A stretch of DNA of 53,467 bases, taken from IMG/VR virus record IMGVR_UViG_3300010354_003850, positions 1-53,467 of that record, one strand, 5' to 3'. The first letter of the stretch is position 1. Each line of letters begins with the position of its first letter. The notes beneath the pieces are model-generated. The model was not told the DNA's origin and made no database searches. It saw only the letters and a list, made by a program, of their open reading frames with translations. Origin of the DNA: a virus. Taxonomy: Duplodnaviria > Caudoviricetes. The position numbers and the translations under genes are program-made. Positions 24,676 through 34,533 of the stretch are shown here, piece after piece.

Positions 24676-27212
24676 AGCCGTTCTATACATCCGTAAATCA
24701 AAAGGGCAGTCGCATTCAGCACCGTGGCTACGACAAGAACGGCTCCCGTGTGCATGAGTCCCTGACATTCCGCCCAACCCTCTATGTTCCCACCAAGAAG
24801 CCGAAGCCGACTTCGTGGAAGACCATCGATGGCTTGACTGTCGATCCCGTTGATTTCGAGAACACCTACGAGGCATGGGAGTTCATGAAGAAGTACTCCG
24901 ATGTTGAGGGGTTCAAGGTCTACGGCGACATCGAAGCGCAGTATCAGTTCATTGCGGAGAACTACGGAAGCGAGGGGGAGTTGGAGTACGACTCTTCCCT
25001 GATCCGCATCATGTACATCGACATCGAAGTTGAGAGTGAGGACGGCTTTGCTTCCCCTGACACTCCCACCGAGCGCATCAATGCCATCACCCTGCACATG
25101 GGCGGGAAGACATTCTCTTTCGGCTTGGGGGAGTTCAAGGTTGAAGGCGTGAATTGTTATTCGTTTGAAGACGAAGCCGCCATGCTGCGACACTTCCTTG
25201 AGGCATGGGAGGAACTTGATCCTGACATCATCACGGGGTGGAATGTCAACATGTTCGACATGCCGTACCTGTACCGCCGTATTGAAAAACTCATGGGCGA
25301 GAAGGAAGCCAAGCGTCTGTCTCCATGGCGTGAAGTACGCAATCGCAAGGTTGTCATCATGGAGCGGCAGAATTGGGTGTATGACTTTGCGGGGATCAGC
25401 ATCCTTGATTACATGGATTTGTACCGCAAGTTCACCTTTGTCACCCGTGAGTCCTACAAGTTGCAGCACATTGCCATGGTTGAGTTGGGCGAGGGCAAAA
25501 TCGACTATTCCGATGTCGGTACGCTTACGAACCTGTATCAGCAGGATTTTCAGCGATTCGTGGAGTACAACATCAAGGACACCATGATCGTTTCGCAATT
25601 GGAGGACAAGTTGCGCCTGATCGAACTTGCACAGGCACTTGCCTACAGCGCACGGGGAAACTTCGGGGATGTCTTCTCACAGGTGCGAATGTGGGACAGC
25701 ATCATCTACAACCATCTGCGAACCAAGAAGATCACCATCCCGCCGAAGACGGGCAACGACAAGGACAACCAATTCGAAGGTGCATATGTCAAGTCTCCCA
25801 TCATCGGCGGTCATGATTGGGTGGTTTCCTTCGACTTGGACTCGCTTTACCCACACCTGATCATGCAGTACAACTTGAGTCCCGAGACCATCGTTTCGGA
25901 ACGGTTGCCATCGATCAGCATGGACGCTCTGCTCAATCCCGGTAGCGATCCTTCTTTTGAGGGATTCCTGTCCATGGCGAAGGAGAAGAATCTGTGTGTT
26001 GCCGCCAACGGAACGATGTATCGGCGTGACATTCATGGCTTCTTGCCCGAACTCATGGATACCATGTATGCACAGCGCAAGGAATACAAGAAGCGAATGC
26101 TTGAGGCGAAGGGGTGGATCAAGACGGAGGGCGGCAAGGCTAGCCCCGATCAGGTTGCCTCCAAGAAGAAAGAAGTCTCCAAGTACCACAACTTTCAGTT
26201 GGTGCGTAAGGTGCAGTTGAACAGCGCATTCGGTGCGTTGGGAAACCAATACTGCCGTTACTACAACTTGAGCATGGCAGAGGCGATCACGGTATCAGGG
26301 CAGTTGTCCATTCGTTGGGCAGAGGAGAACCTGAACCGCTTTCTGAACAAGGCTTGCGACACCGAGGGCGAGGACTTCGTGATTGCCGTGGACACCGACT
26401 CGGTGTATCTGCGGCTCGGTCCATTGGTCGCCAAGGCTTTGCCGAAAGGCGACACCAAGAAGACCACGCTCCTTGTGGACAAGTTCTGCAACGAGGTGAT
26501 CTCCCCGAAGATCAACAAGTGGTACGAGCAGTTGGCAGTCCGCATGAATGCATATGGCAATCGAATGTCCATGAAGCGGGAGGCAATTGCATCAAAGGGA
26601 GTATTCACCGCCAAGAAGCGGTACATGCTTGCCGTCCACCTTGGGGAAGACAATGTTTATATGGACGATCCCGATCTCAAGATTATGGGCATCGAAACCG
26701 CCCGTTCATCGACCCCGCAGATCGTCCGTACAAGGCTCAAGGAGGCGATCAAGTTGATCCTGACCGCTGACGAGGGGGCATTGCACTCTTTCGTTGAGAG
26801 GTGCCACAGCGAGTTCCTAGGGCTTCCCGTGTACGACATCGCCTTTCCCCGTGGCTGCAATGGAATGGATGATTATGCGGACGCTGCCAGCATCTACAAG
26901 AAGGGCACCCCGATCCATGTAAAGGGTGCATTGGTCTACAACTATTGGGTCAAGAAGAAGGGGCTGACCAAGAAGTACCCGCTTGTACGCAACGGAGAAA
27001 AGATCAAGTTCGTTGCCCTGAAAGAACCGAACCCCGTTCGTGAAAAGGTCATTTCATTTCCTGCTGCCTTTCCAGACGAGTTTGGTTTGGACAAGTTCAT
27101 CGACCACGAAACGCAGTTTGAGAAGTCATTTATCGAACCCCTGTCAACTATCCTTGGCTGCATCGGTTGGTCTGTCAGGGAAGAAAGTTCATTGGAAGGA
27201 TTGTTCTCATGA
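24672..27212 (+). CDS. gp43: family B DNA polymerase
   Basis: DIEV exonuclease, SFDLDSLYP, KVQLNSAFG, DTDS, KKRY; C-terminal SLEGLFS. Confidence 0.98.
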   Translation: MKPFYTSVNQKGSRIQHRGYDKNGSRVHESLTFRPTLYVPTKKPKPTSWKTIDGLTVDPVDFENTYEAWEFMKKYSDVEGFKVYGDIEAQYQFIAENYGSEGELEYDSSLIRIMYIDIEVESEDGFASPDTPTERINAITLHMGGKTFSFGLGEFKVEGVNCYSFEDEAAMLRHFLEAWEELDPDIITGWNVNMFDMPYLYRRIEKLMGEKEAKRLSPWREVRNRKVVIMERQNWVYDFAGISILDYMDLYRKFTFVTRESYKLQHIAMVELGEGKIDYSDVGTLTNLYQQDFQRFVEYNIKDTMIVSQLEDKLRLIELAQALAYSARGNFGDVFSQVRMWDSIIYNHLRTKKITIPPKTGNDKDNQFEGAYVKSPIIGGHDWVVSFDLDSLYPHLIMQYNLSPETIVSERLPSISMDALLNPGSDPSFEGFLSMAKEKNLCVAANGTMYRRDIHGFLPELMDTMYAQRKEYKKRMLEAKGWIKTEGGKASPDQVASKKKEVSKYHNFQLVRKVQLNSAFGALGNQYCRYYNLSMAEAITVSGQLSIRWAEENLNRFLNKACDTEGEDFVIAVDTDSVYLRLGPLVAKALPKGDTKKTTLLVDKFCNEVISPKINKWYEQLAVRMNAYGNRMSMKREAIASKGVFTAKKRYMLAVHLGEDNVYMDDPDLKIMGIETARSSTPQIVRTRLKEAIKLILTADEGALHSFVERCHSEFLGLPVYDIAFPRGCNGMDDYADAASIYKKGTPIHVKGALVYNYWVKKKGLTKKYPLVRNGEKIKFVALKEPNPVREKVISFPAAFPDEFGLDKFIDHETQFEKSFIEPLSTILGCIGWSVREESSLEGLFS

Positions 27213-27337
27213 GAATGCTTGAATCATTGCTCCATGTAGGAGTATTCCTTGTAATTGTTTACATCTTCATCTGTGCTTCAGTCATGGTGCTGAACCCTAA
27301 ATACCGTCAATGGCGAAGAGATTCGAATCATTCGTAA
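27209..27337 (+). CDS. 42-aa single-TM peptide (not in ORF track)
   Basis: ATGA overlap with gp43; MRMLESLLHVGVFLVIVYIFICASVMVLNPKYRQWRRDSNHS. Confidence 0.45.
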   Translation: MRMLESLLHVGVFLVIVYIFICASVMVLNPKYRQWRRDSNHS

Positions 27338-28080
27338 AAGAACCGATTAAGTATCCGCATGTTCATCTGTGCTTTGATGATCACTCGGTTTCGAATTGGT
27401 ACTCTTGCCGCCAACTGCTGACGAAGTACGAAGCCAAGGCTGCATTCTATGTGGATTCATTTCATCTGTTGGAGGTCAGCGAGTTGCAGATGCTGAAGGA
27501 ACTTCGTGATGATGGTCACATTATTGGATGCCACAGCAAGAGTCATAAAGACGCAATGAACTATTCACGCAAGTTCAACATTGACAGATACATCGATGAC
27601 GAAGTTATTCCTGCCATGGAAGAAATGGCAGGAGCGGGATTCAAGCCAACTCACTTTGCGTTTCCATATTCTCGCTTTGACGAGACTCTTTACTCCGCTG
27701 TCAATCCCATGTTCTGTTATGTCCGTCCCGGCAACGAGAGCCATTTCTATGCGGGTGAGAGAATGTATTTCAATCCAAGCAGATTGGAAAAACAGGAAAC
27801 TCCTACAGAGACATTGATTCGAAACGGCGACATGGAGGCAGTCATGACAAAACTCCGTGAAGGCGCAGAGGCAAACCATGGAATCAGTATTGTTCTCCAC
27901 GATGTTCGTCCTGCGGGCGCACCCCCGCACACGGGCACACACGCACGGGCGCACATCACGCACGGGGAGTTGGAACAGATTCTTAATGCGCTGAAAGACA
28001 ATGGATACTCGTATGAAACCTTTGAGAAGGTGTGCAAATACGGGTCGGATCCTTTTGACAAGCCCGATGGCTTGGTGTAA
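27310..28080 (+). CDS. polysaccharide deacetylase (NodB/CE4); capsid-targeting-like N-terminus
   Basis: LCFDD, IGCHSKSH, FAFPY, IVLH; MAKRFESFVKE; CTAAATA 27297-27303. Confidence 0.8.
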   Translation: MAKRFESFVKEPIKYPHVHLCFDDHSVSNWYSCRQLLTKYEAKAAFYVDSFHLLEVSELQMLKELRDDGHIIGCHSKSHKDAMNYSRKFNIDRYIDDEVIPAMEEMAGAGFKPTHFAFPYSRFDETLYSAVNPMFCYVRPGNESHFYAGERMYFNPSRLEKQETPTETLIRNGDMEAVMTKLREGAEANHGISIVLHDVRPAGAPPHTGTHARAHITHGELEQILNALKDNGYSYETFEKVCKYGSDPFDKPDGLV

Positions 28081-28113
28081 GATCACCTAAATCATTCTAG
28101 TGAGGTATACCCA

Positions 28114-29157
28114 ATGAACTTTCTGAAGACACTCGTCAAGAGCAGCGGTAACGAATTCGCATCTATTGCAAACGATGGATTGGAGGCAGATGTCTCCGGT
28201 TTCATCGACACCGGCTCATACTCCTTCAACGCACTCGTTTCTGGTAGCCTGAAGGGTGGAATCCCCGACAACAAGATTCTAGGTATTGCGGGTGAGTCTG
28301 CCACAGGCAAGACTTACTTTGCGCTTGGTATTGCTGCACAGTTCCTCAAGGACAATAAGGAGGGTGCAATTCTTTACTTCGACTCGGAGCAGGCTGTGAC
28401 AAGCAGCATGATCTCTGATCGTGGGCTTGACAAGAACCGTGTTGCAGTATTTCCCGTGTCCACGGTGGAGCAATTCCGCCATCAGGTTCTTCAGATTCTC
28501 GACAACTATGGCAAGTTGGACAAGTCGGATCAGAAGCCGATGATGATCGTGCTTGACTCACTTGGAATGCTTTCGACCTCCAAGGAGATGAACGACAGCA
28601 CCGAGGGCAAGGAAGTCCGAGACATGACTCGCAGTCAGGTCATCAAGTCTGTGTTCCGCACCGTAACCCTCAAGTTGGGCAAGCACAACATTCCGATGAT
28701 CGTCACGAACCACACCTACGATGTCGTGGGTGCCTATGTACCGACCAAGGAAATGGGTGGCGGCAGCGGTCTCAAGTATGCTGCAACCACGATCATCTAC
28801 CTGTCCAAGAAGAAGCATAAGGACGGTGATGGACAGATCGTAGGAAACATCATCCATTGCAAGGCATACAAGAGCCGCATGACCAAGGAGAATCGTGTGG
28901 TCGATGTGCTGCTGAACTTCGACAGCGGACTTGATCGTTACTACGGTCTCATCGAACTTGGGATTAAGCACGGCGTGTTCAAGAAGGTATCGAACAAGGT
29001 GCAGTTCCCCGATGGCAAGTCGGAGTTTGAGTCCAAGATCAACAAGAACCCCGAGAAGTGGTTCACCGAGGATGTGATCAAGGCACTTGAGGATGCTGCT
29101 GCCAAGGAGTTCAAGTACGGTCAGGACGAGGAGGCGGAAGATGTCGCCGGAGAATGA
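28114..29157 (+). CDS. uvsX: RecA-like recombinase
   Basis: GESATGKT, YFDSE, LDSLG, MGGGSGLKYAA. Confidence 0.96.
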   Translation: MNFLKTLVKSSGNEFASIANDGLEADVSGFIDTGSYSFNALVSGSLKGGIPDNKILGIAGESATGKTYFALGIAAQFLKDNKEGAILYFDSEQAVTSSMISDRGLDKNRVAVFPVSTVEQFRHQVLQILDNYGKLDKSDQKPMMIVLDSLGMLSTSKEMNDSTEGKEVRDMTRSQVIKSVFRTVTLKLGKHNIPMIVTNHTYDVVGAYVPTKEMGGGSGLKYAATTIIYLSKKKHKDGDGQIVGNIIHCKAYKSRMTKENRVVDVLLNFDSGLDRYYGLIELGIKHGVFKKVSNKVQFPDGKSEFESKINKNPEKWFTEDVIKALEDAAAKEFKYGQDEEAEDVAGE

Positions 29158-29662
29158 TCCGAAGCCCCTTCTTTTTGATGGGTTTGAAAAGGCATACATC
29201 GGTATGCTCCGAAGGTATGGGCACTCCGCACCCGTTGCACTCTACGATTACAACAAGTGCATGAACATCCTCATGGATCGGGACGGAATGGAGGAGGATG
29301 AGGCTGTTGAGTGGATTGAGGTAAATATGTTGGGCGGCTACCTAGGAGAATCCACTCCCGGCATGGTGTTTCGCTGCACACTCAATGAAATGGCAGAGGA
29401 GTGCGACATCCCCCTTCCCGAACAGGAAGATGATGACCGTGATTACGGGGATGAGCATGAGGAAGAGTTGACTGTGGAGCAAAAGGAAGCAATTGAGAAT
29501 GCTCTTCACAAGTTTGCTCATCACTTCGTGAATTATGTGCGGGATGTCGATCCCAAACTGTTCCTTCGTGCAAAGCAATATGCTGCGGACTATTCTGGAA
29601 CCGACATGGTTGAATTTGTCGTTGACGATGAGGATGAAAAGGGAGAGGGCAATGGCGCATAA
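29141..29662 (+). CDS. acidic conserved phage hypothetical protein
   Basis: DGFEKAYIG...YDY.K...L..RDGM..DEA.EW...N..G.Y.GE.TP. Confidence 0.65.
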   Translation: MSPENDPKPLLFDGFEKAYIGMLRRYGHSAPVALYDYNKCMNILMDRDGMEEDEAVEWIEVNMLGGYLGESTPGMVFRCTLNEMAEECDIPLPEQEDDDRDYGDEHEEELTVEQKEAIENALHKFAHHFVNYVRDVDPKLFLRAKQYAADYSGTDMVEFVVDDEDEKGEGNGA

Positions 29663-30314
29663 ACTTGCCGTGGTAGTTCCTTATCGTGACAGAGAACCGC
29701 ATATGCGGTTTTTTGTTCCATTCATGTTCAACTTCTTGACGAATCAGGAGATCGACCACAGGATCGTGATTGTCGAACAGCACAAGCATGAGAAACTTTT
29801 CAATCGTGCAAAGTTGATGAATGTTGGATACGACATCGCAAAGAACGATTGCGATTACTTTGTTTTCCATGATGTTGATCTCATTCCCGAGTCAGCAGAC
29901 TACTCTTATCCGAAATGCCCCACTCATATGTCGGCATACTGTTCGCAGTTCAATTATCAACTGCCGTATGAAACCATCTTTGGTGGCGTATCGATGTTCA
30001 CCAAGGAAGACTTCATCAAGGTGAACGGATACAGCAATGAGTATTGGGGATGGGGGGCAGAGGATGATGACATGTACAACCGCTGTGAGCGTGAGGGAAC
30101 GGGCTTTGAACGAAGACCGAACAGGTACAACAGCCTTGCTCACGAAAAGCAAACGCTGACGCAGCAGGATTACATGAAGAACATCGAAAAACTTCAACAG
30201 CAAAAGGCGGGGCAGAAAAACCATCGTGAGGATGGTTTGAACACATTACAGTACACGCTGATTGCAGAGCAACCCTTGGGCTTTACAGCCAGAAAGTACA
30301 CGGTGTCGATATGA
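29652..30314 (+). CDS. GT7 beta-1,4-galactosyltransferase-like
   Basis: VPYRDR, FNRAKLMNVG, FHDVD, FGGV, WGWGAEDDD. Confidence 0.9.
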   Translation: MAHKLAVVVPYRDREPHMRFFVPFMFNFLTNQEIDHRIVIVEQHKHEKLFNRAKLMNVGYDIAKNDCDYFVFHDVDLIPESADYSYPKCPTHMSAYCSQFNYQLPYETIFGGVSMFTKEDFIKVNGYSNEYWGWGAEDDDMYNRCEREGTGFERRPNRYNSLAHEKQTLTQQDYMKNIEKLQQQKAGQKNHREDGLNTLQYTLIAEQPLGFTARKYTVSI

Positions 30315-31117
30315 GAGCGATTGGACCGGATTGGTTGAATATTGATTTGCCTTTTCCATGTGAGGTTCATGCCCACAAGTTCATGAGCAATTTGTCGCCC
30401 ACCCAAAATTACAGAGTTTATGTGGACACATGGGAGCCTCGCTCTTCTTGTGAATCTGTTGAAACGATTCGTCAATATGCAAATCGTTTTGATTTGATTC
30501 TTACCCTTGATGATGAACTAGCAAAGTTGCCAAATGCAAAATTGTTGGTTGGAGGAAGCACATGGGTTCATCCGTGGCTTCCTGATCGCAAGGACTTCAG
30601 CGTTTCTTTTCTTTGCACGGCGAACAACTATCTTCCCGGCTATCAGATTCGCCACACTCTTTGGGCAAATCAGCATAGGATTTATGCCCTGCCAAAGAGG
30701 TTCTGGTCGAGCAGAATGCGACCGGTTGATCCGAACCGAATGATTCCCACAAGGACTGATGGGCAGAACGAAAAAGTAGAACTCTTCTACAGCATGTTCT
30801 CCATCTGTCCAGAGAACACGCAGCAGAGAAACTATTTCACCGAAAAGGTTCTTGATTGCCTTGTAACCAAGACGGTTCCCATCTATTGGGGATGCCCGAA
30901 CATCGGGGATTACTTTGATGTCCGTGGGATGGTTATTGTCAACGATATCGAAGACCTGTTCAAAAAGGTCAACTCTCTGACCGAAGAGACCTACATGCAA
31001 ATGCTTCCTTATGTTGAGGAAAACTACAAGAAGTCCCTGGCATATGCAAAGCCTGATGGTCCCGAAAGACTTCGGGCAGCAATCCTTGCCGCAAAGAGGG
31101 TAGAGGTTTCTGCATGA
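30311..31117 (+). CDS. GT10 fucosyltransferase-like
   Basis: ICPEN...NYFTEKV.D...VPIYWG. Confidence 0.8.
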   Translation: MRAIGPDWLNIDLPFPCEVHAHKFMSNLSPTQNYRVYVDTWEPRSSCESVETIRQYANRFDLILTLDDELAKLPNAKLLVGGSTWVHPWLPDRKDFSVSFLCTANNYLPGYQIRHTLWANQHRIYALPKRFWSSRMRPVDPNRMIPTRTDGQNEKVELFYSMFSICPENTQQRNYFTEKVLDCLVTKTVPIYWGCPNIGDYFDVRGMVIVNDIEDLFKKVNSLTEETYMQMLPYVEENYKKSLAYAKPDGPERLRAAILAAKRVEVSA

Positions 31118-31857
31118 AGAATTTGGTTATTATTCCCGCAGGGAAGAATTCAGAGCATCAAAAGTGGGAACAGGATCACCGAGATCATGGATTTGATCTT
31201 TGTATCATGAACTACGCAACCCCATTTGTTTTTTCTGACAGAAACAGTCAAAACGCAAAGTTTGTGATGAATGAGAATGGGATGAAGTTCAAATTGATGA
31301 CAAAATTCATTGATCAGAATCCTTCCGTAGTTGAGAACTATGACTATGTGCTTTTGATGGACGATGATATCTCAACCAGCCCGATAGAAATAGAAAAACT
31401 GTTTGATGTATGCCGTAGCGAAAACTTTGATCTCTCGCAGGCAGGGCTGTGTTCAGGAAGCACATATACTTTTATGCCAACAGTAAAAGTGAAGAACGCA
31501 AAATACCACCTGACAAATATGGTTGAAATAATGATGCCATGTTTCAGCAAAAGACTTTTCAAAGAAACTATCGAAGACATTAGAAATTCGAAATATGGTC
31601 ATGGGTGGGGGTTAGAAGGTGTGTGGAACAAGAAGTTTCATGTTGGTAATGGTGCAAGTAAGTTTGGCGGAAAGATTGGTGTGATCGATTGCGTTAACTT
31701 TTGTCATTTGAGACCTCTTGGTGGAGGGGATACAAAGATATACGAAAAGTTTGGATCTCCTTGGGACGAACTCAAAGAGCAAGAAGTCCGTGTTGGATTC
31801 AAATGGGCAGAAATGAATTTCACGACATATTCAATTGAGTGGACGGATTCACAATGA
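31114..31857 (+). CDS. DUF707-like putative glycosyltransferase
   Basis: YDYVLLMDDD, TNMVEIMMPCFS, GWGLE, IGVID. Confidence 0.75.
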   Translation: MKNLVIIPAGKNSEHQKWEQDHRDHGFDLCIMNYATPFVFSDRNSQNAKFVMNENGMKFKLMTKFIDQNPSVVENYDYVLLMDDDISTSPIEIEKLFDVCRSENFDLSQAGLCSGSTYTFMPTVKVKNAKYHLTNMVEIMMPCFSKRLFKETIEDIRNSKYGHGWGLEGVWNKKFHVGNGASKFGGKIGVIDCVNFCHLRPLGGGDTKIYEKFGSPWDELKEQEVRVGFKWAEMNFTTYSIEWTDSQ

Positions 31858-32672
31858 GAGAAACAATACGAGTAGAATTTGATGGATCGTTTCTAAACTT
31901 TGAAGAGAATGGCTGTTACGAAAGTCGTGGAAAAAGCACAATTGCACTAATTCAGGATGCTTACAATTCAATACCTAGAGAAACACTTGACAGGCTGAAT
32001 CCTTTTTCGGTTCTTTTCTACTTGGGGGACAGAAGCATGTATCCTTTCTCCTATAGTGCAAAGCAGTACAATCCAAGAACCATACCCTGCCATGTTTTCC
32101 ATGCGTGGAAGGAATGCGGGATATCAGATTATGATTCTGTTTGTAATGAAATGAATTCTGCCTCTTTACAAGAGCCAAAGGACTCTCGTCTTTTTTGGAT
32201 CGGAAATGCTGCAACTCATTCAACAAGGAATTTGTTTTTGGATGTAACCAAGAGTAGATCCGATGTGTACGCAATTGATTCTGGAAATTGGCACGGAACG
32301 GACGGGACAATGAAGACTGCTGAAAAGAAGTACATTTCTTTGCCAGAACATTGTGATTACAAGTATCTCATTGATATACAAGGAAATGGTTATTCAGGAA
32401 GAACCAAGTTACTGATGCATAGCGGGAGACCCCTGTTTTATCAAGACAGAGAATGGCATGAGTATTGGTTCTTTGAAACAAAACCATTTGTTCACTACAT
32501 TCCTGTCAAAGAAGATTTCAGCGATCTGAACGAAAAACTAGACTGGGCTAGTGAAAATCCACAGGTATGTGATACAATCGCCGCAAACGCACTTGCTTTT
32601 GCGAAAGCAAATCTTCGAAGAAGCAATGCTGTTAAGAGATACCAAGACATCATCATGATGCTAGGAGAGTGA
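31854..32672 (+). CDS. GT90 (CAP10/POGLUT-like) glycosyltransferase
   Basis: FWIG, YKYLIDIQGNGYSGR, PFVHYIPV..D.SDL. Confidence 0.82.
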   Translation: MRETIRVEFDGSFLNFEENGCYESRGKSTIALIQDAYNSIPRETLDRLNPFSVLFYLGDRSMYPFSYSAKQYNPRTIPCHVFHAWKECGISDYDSVCNEMNSASLQEPKDSRLFWIGNAATHSTRNLFLDVTKSRSDVYAIDSGNWHGTDGTMKTAEKKYISLPEHCDYKYLIDIQGNGYSGRTKLLMHSGRPLFYQDREWHEYWFFETKPFVHYIPVKEDFSDLNEKLDWASENPQVCDTIAANALAFAKANLRRSNAVKRYQDIIMMLGE

Positions 32673-32673
32673 C

Positions 32674-33756
32674 TTGTACGACTATTTGATTATCGGATCA
32701 GGATTGTTTGGCTCCATCTTTGCCCGTCAAATGACGGACAGGGGTGCGAAGTGTCTTGTGGTTGACAAGAGGAGCCATATCGGGGGAAACTGCTATACCC
32801 GAAATGTGGGTGGGATCAATGTCCATGAGTATGGACCGCACATCTTCCATACTAACAGCGACACCGTTTGGAATTACATGAACCGATGGACAAAGTTCAA
32901 TCACTATGTCAATCGTCCAAAAGTTCTTTACGGAGACAAGTTGTATTCGTTTCCCATCAACCTCTTCACACTCTACCAACTATGGGGTGTCAAAACCCCC
33001 GCAGAGGCGCACCGAAAGTTGCAAGAGGTCAAGGTTCCGATTTCAAATCCGAAAAACCTTGAGGAATGGGTGCTTTCGCAAGTCGGTGAAGAAATATACC
33101 AGAAGTTCGTCTACGGATACACGAAGAAGCAATGGGGTCGTGATCCAAAGGACTTGCCATCATTCATCATCAAGAGATTGCCAATACGCATGACCTTTGA
33201 TGACAATTATTACGAGGACAAGTATCAGGGAATTCCCATCGGCGGCTATACCGCAATATTCGAGAAGTTGCTGCAAGGGATTGACCATGAAGAGGGCGTT
33301 GATTACATGAAAGATAGAGAGCATCTTGAACGGAAGGCTAAAAAGATCGTCTATACGGGACCAATTGACGAATTCTTCGGATGCGACAACGGCAGACTGG
33401 AGTGGCGCAGCCTTCGCTTTGAGCATGAAACGCATGATGTGGAAGACTATCAGGGAAACGCCATCGTCAACTATACCGAAGAAGCAACGCCGTACACAAG
33501 AACATGCGAACACAAACACTTTGAATTCGGAAGACAATCTCACACGGTTGTTACTAAGGAATATCCACAGAATTGGGATTCAAACAAAGAGAAGTTCTAT
33601 CCAGTCAATGACGAAAAAAATAACGAAATGTATCAACAGTACAAGCAACGGATAGATTCTTCACGCCACATTTTTGGCGGTCGTTTGGCAGACTATAAGT
33701 ACTATGACATGCATCAAGTAGTTGGTTCCGCATTAGCAAGGAGCGATAAAGAATGA
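32674..33756 (+). CDS. glf: UDP-galactopyranose mutase
   Basis: GSGLFG, IGGNCY, HEYGPHIFHT, GRLADYKYYDMHQ. Confidence 0.96.
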   Translation: MYDYLIIGSGLFGSIFARQMTDRGAKCLVVDKRSHIGGNCYTRNVGGINVHEYGPHIFHTNSDTVWNYMNRWTKFNHYVNRPKVLYGDKLYSFPINLFTLYQLWGVKTPAEAHRKLQEVKVPISNPKNLEEWVLSQVGEEIYQKFVYGYTKKQWGRDPKDLPSFIIKRLPIRMTFDDNYYEDKYQGIPIGGYTAIFEKLLQGIDHEEGVDYMKDREHLERKAKKIVYTGPIDEFFGCDNGRLEWRSLRFEHETHDVEDYQGNAIVNYTEEATPYTRTCEHKHFEFGRQSHTVVTKEYPQNWDSNKEKFYPVNDEKNNEMYQQYKQRIDSSRHIFGGRLADYKYYDMHQVVGSALARSDKE

Positions 33757-34532
33757 GCAAGAAAAAGTGTGCAATTTTACTGCGTGGTCACTCAAAAAGA
33801 ACACGGACGGATCCATACGATCCCATTTACTTTGATGCATTGCTTGGTGGAGTTCAGTCCTTCAAGGAAAATGTTCTTGCGCCGCTGAAAGATCAATATG
33901 AAGTTGATGTCTACATGGTGCCATCAAACAATGACAACATAGCACAACTTTGTGCAGAACTGTCTCCTAGGCAATTTTGGTTGTCGATGAATGAAGGAGA
34001 CTTGGCGCAGTCTACAAACATGCTGACGGGCTTAACCATGCTAAGGAAGCAAGATCATTATGACTGCATCTTTATCACCCGATTTGACATCCTGTACAAG
34101 AAGAAAATTACAGAATTCGTAAACGGAAGAAATGAGGATGTAATCATCCCATTTTTCGATGTTCAAACAACACCGAATCGATCATGTGATATTATGCATT
34201 GGATTAACAACGATTCAGAAAACAAGGTGTTTGACAAGTTCATTGATTCCGTTTTGGATATCAGAAACAACAACAAAGAATACAACGAAAAAAATACATG
34301 GGAAAAAAGGGAAAGAACTTTTCACGACATCTACAACCCACTAACCGAAAGAGGTCTAAAGGTCGGTGTAATGGTTGAAGGAAACTACGATAGCAATACA
34401 TCAAGATGGCCCGGTGCATGGAAACTTCCCGAAGGATCAAGAAATGACATTTTTGCCATGAGCGGAAGATTGTACTATTACGATGATATCCATCATCCAA
34501 CTTTGTTCCGCCCCCAAATAAAGGGAAAGTAA
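33753..34532 (+). CDS. hypothetical glycan-cluster protein
   Basis: AILLRG...YDCIFITRFD motif; position in island. Confidence 0.55.
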   Translation: MSKKKCAILLRGHSKRTRTDPYDPIYFDALLGGVQSFKENVLAPLKDQYEVDVYMVPSNNDNIAQLCAELSPRQFWLSMNEGDLAQSTNMLTGLTMLRKQDHYDCIFITRFDILYKKKITEFVNGRNEDVIIPFFDVQTTPNRSCDIMHWINNDSENKVFDKFIDSVLDIRNNNKEYNEKNTWEKRERTFHDIYNPLTERGLKVGVMVEGNYDSNTSRWPGAWKLPEGSRNDIFAMSGRLYYYDDIHHPTLFRPQIKGK

Positions 34533-34533
34533 C

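Noticed and set aside
22571-25598. Long minus-strand ORFs (e.g. 22571-23470, 24606-25598; also 51199-52095)
   Set aside because: Antisense shadows of well-supported + strand genes, with no motifs or RBS
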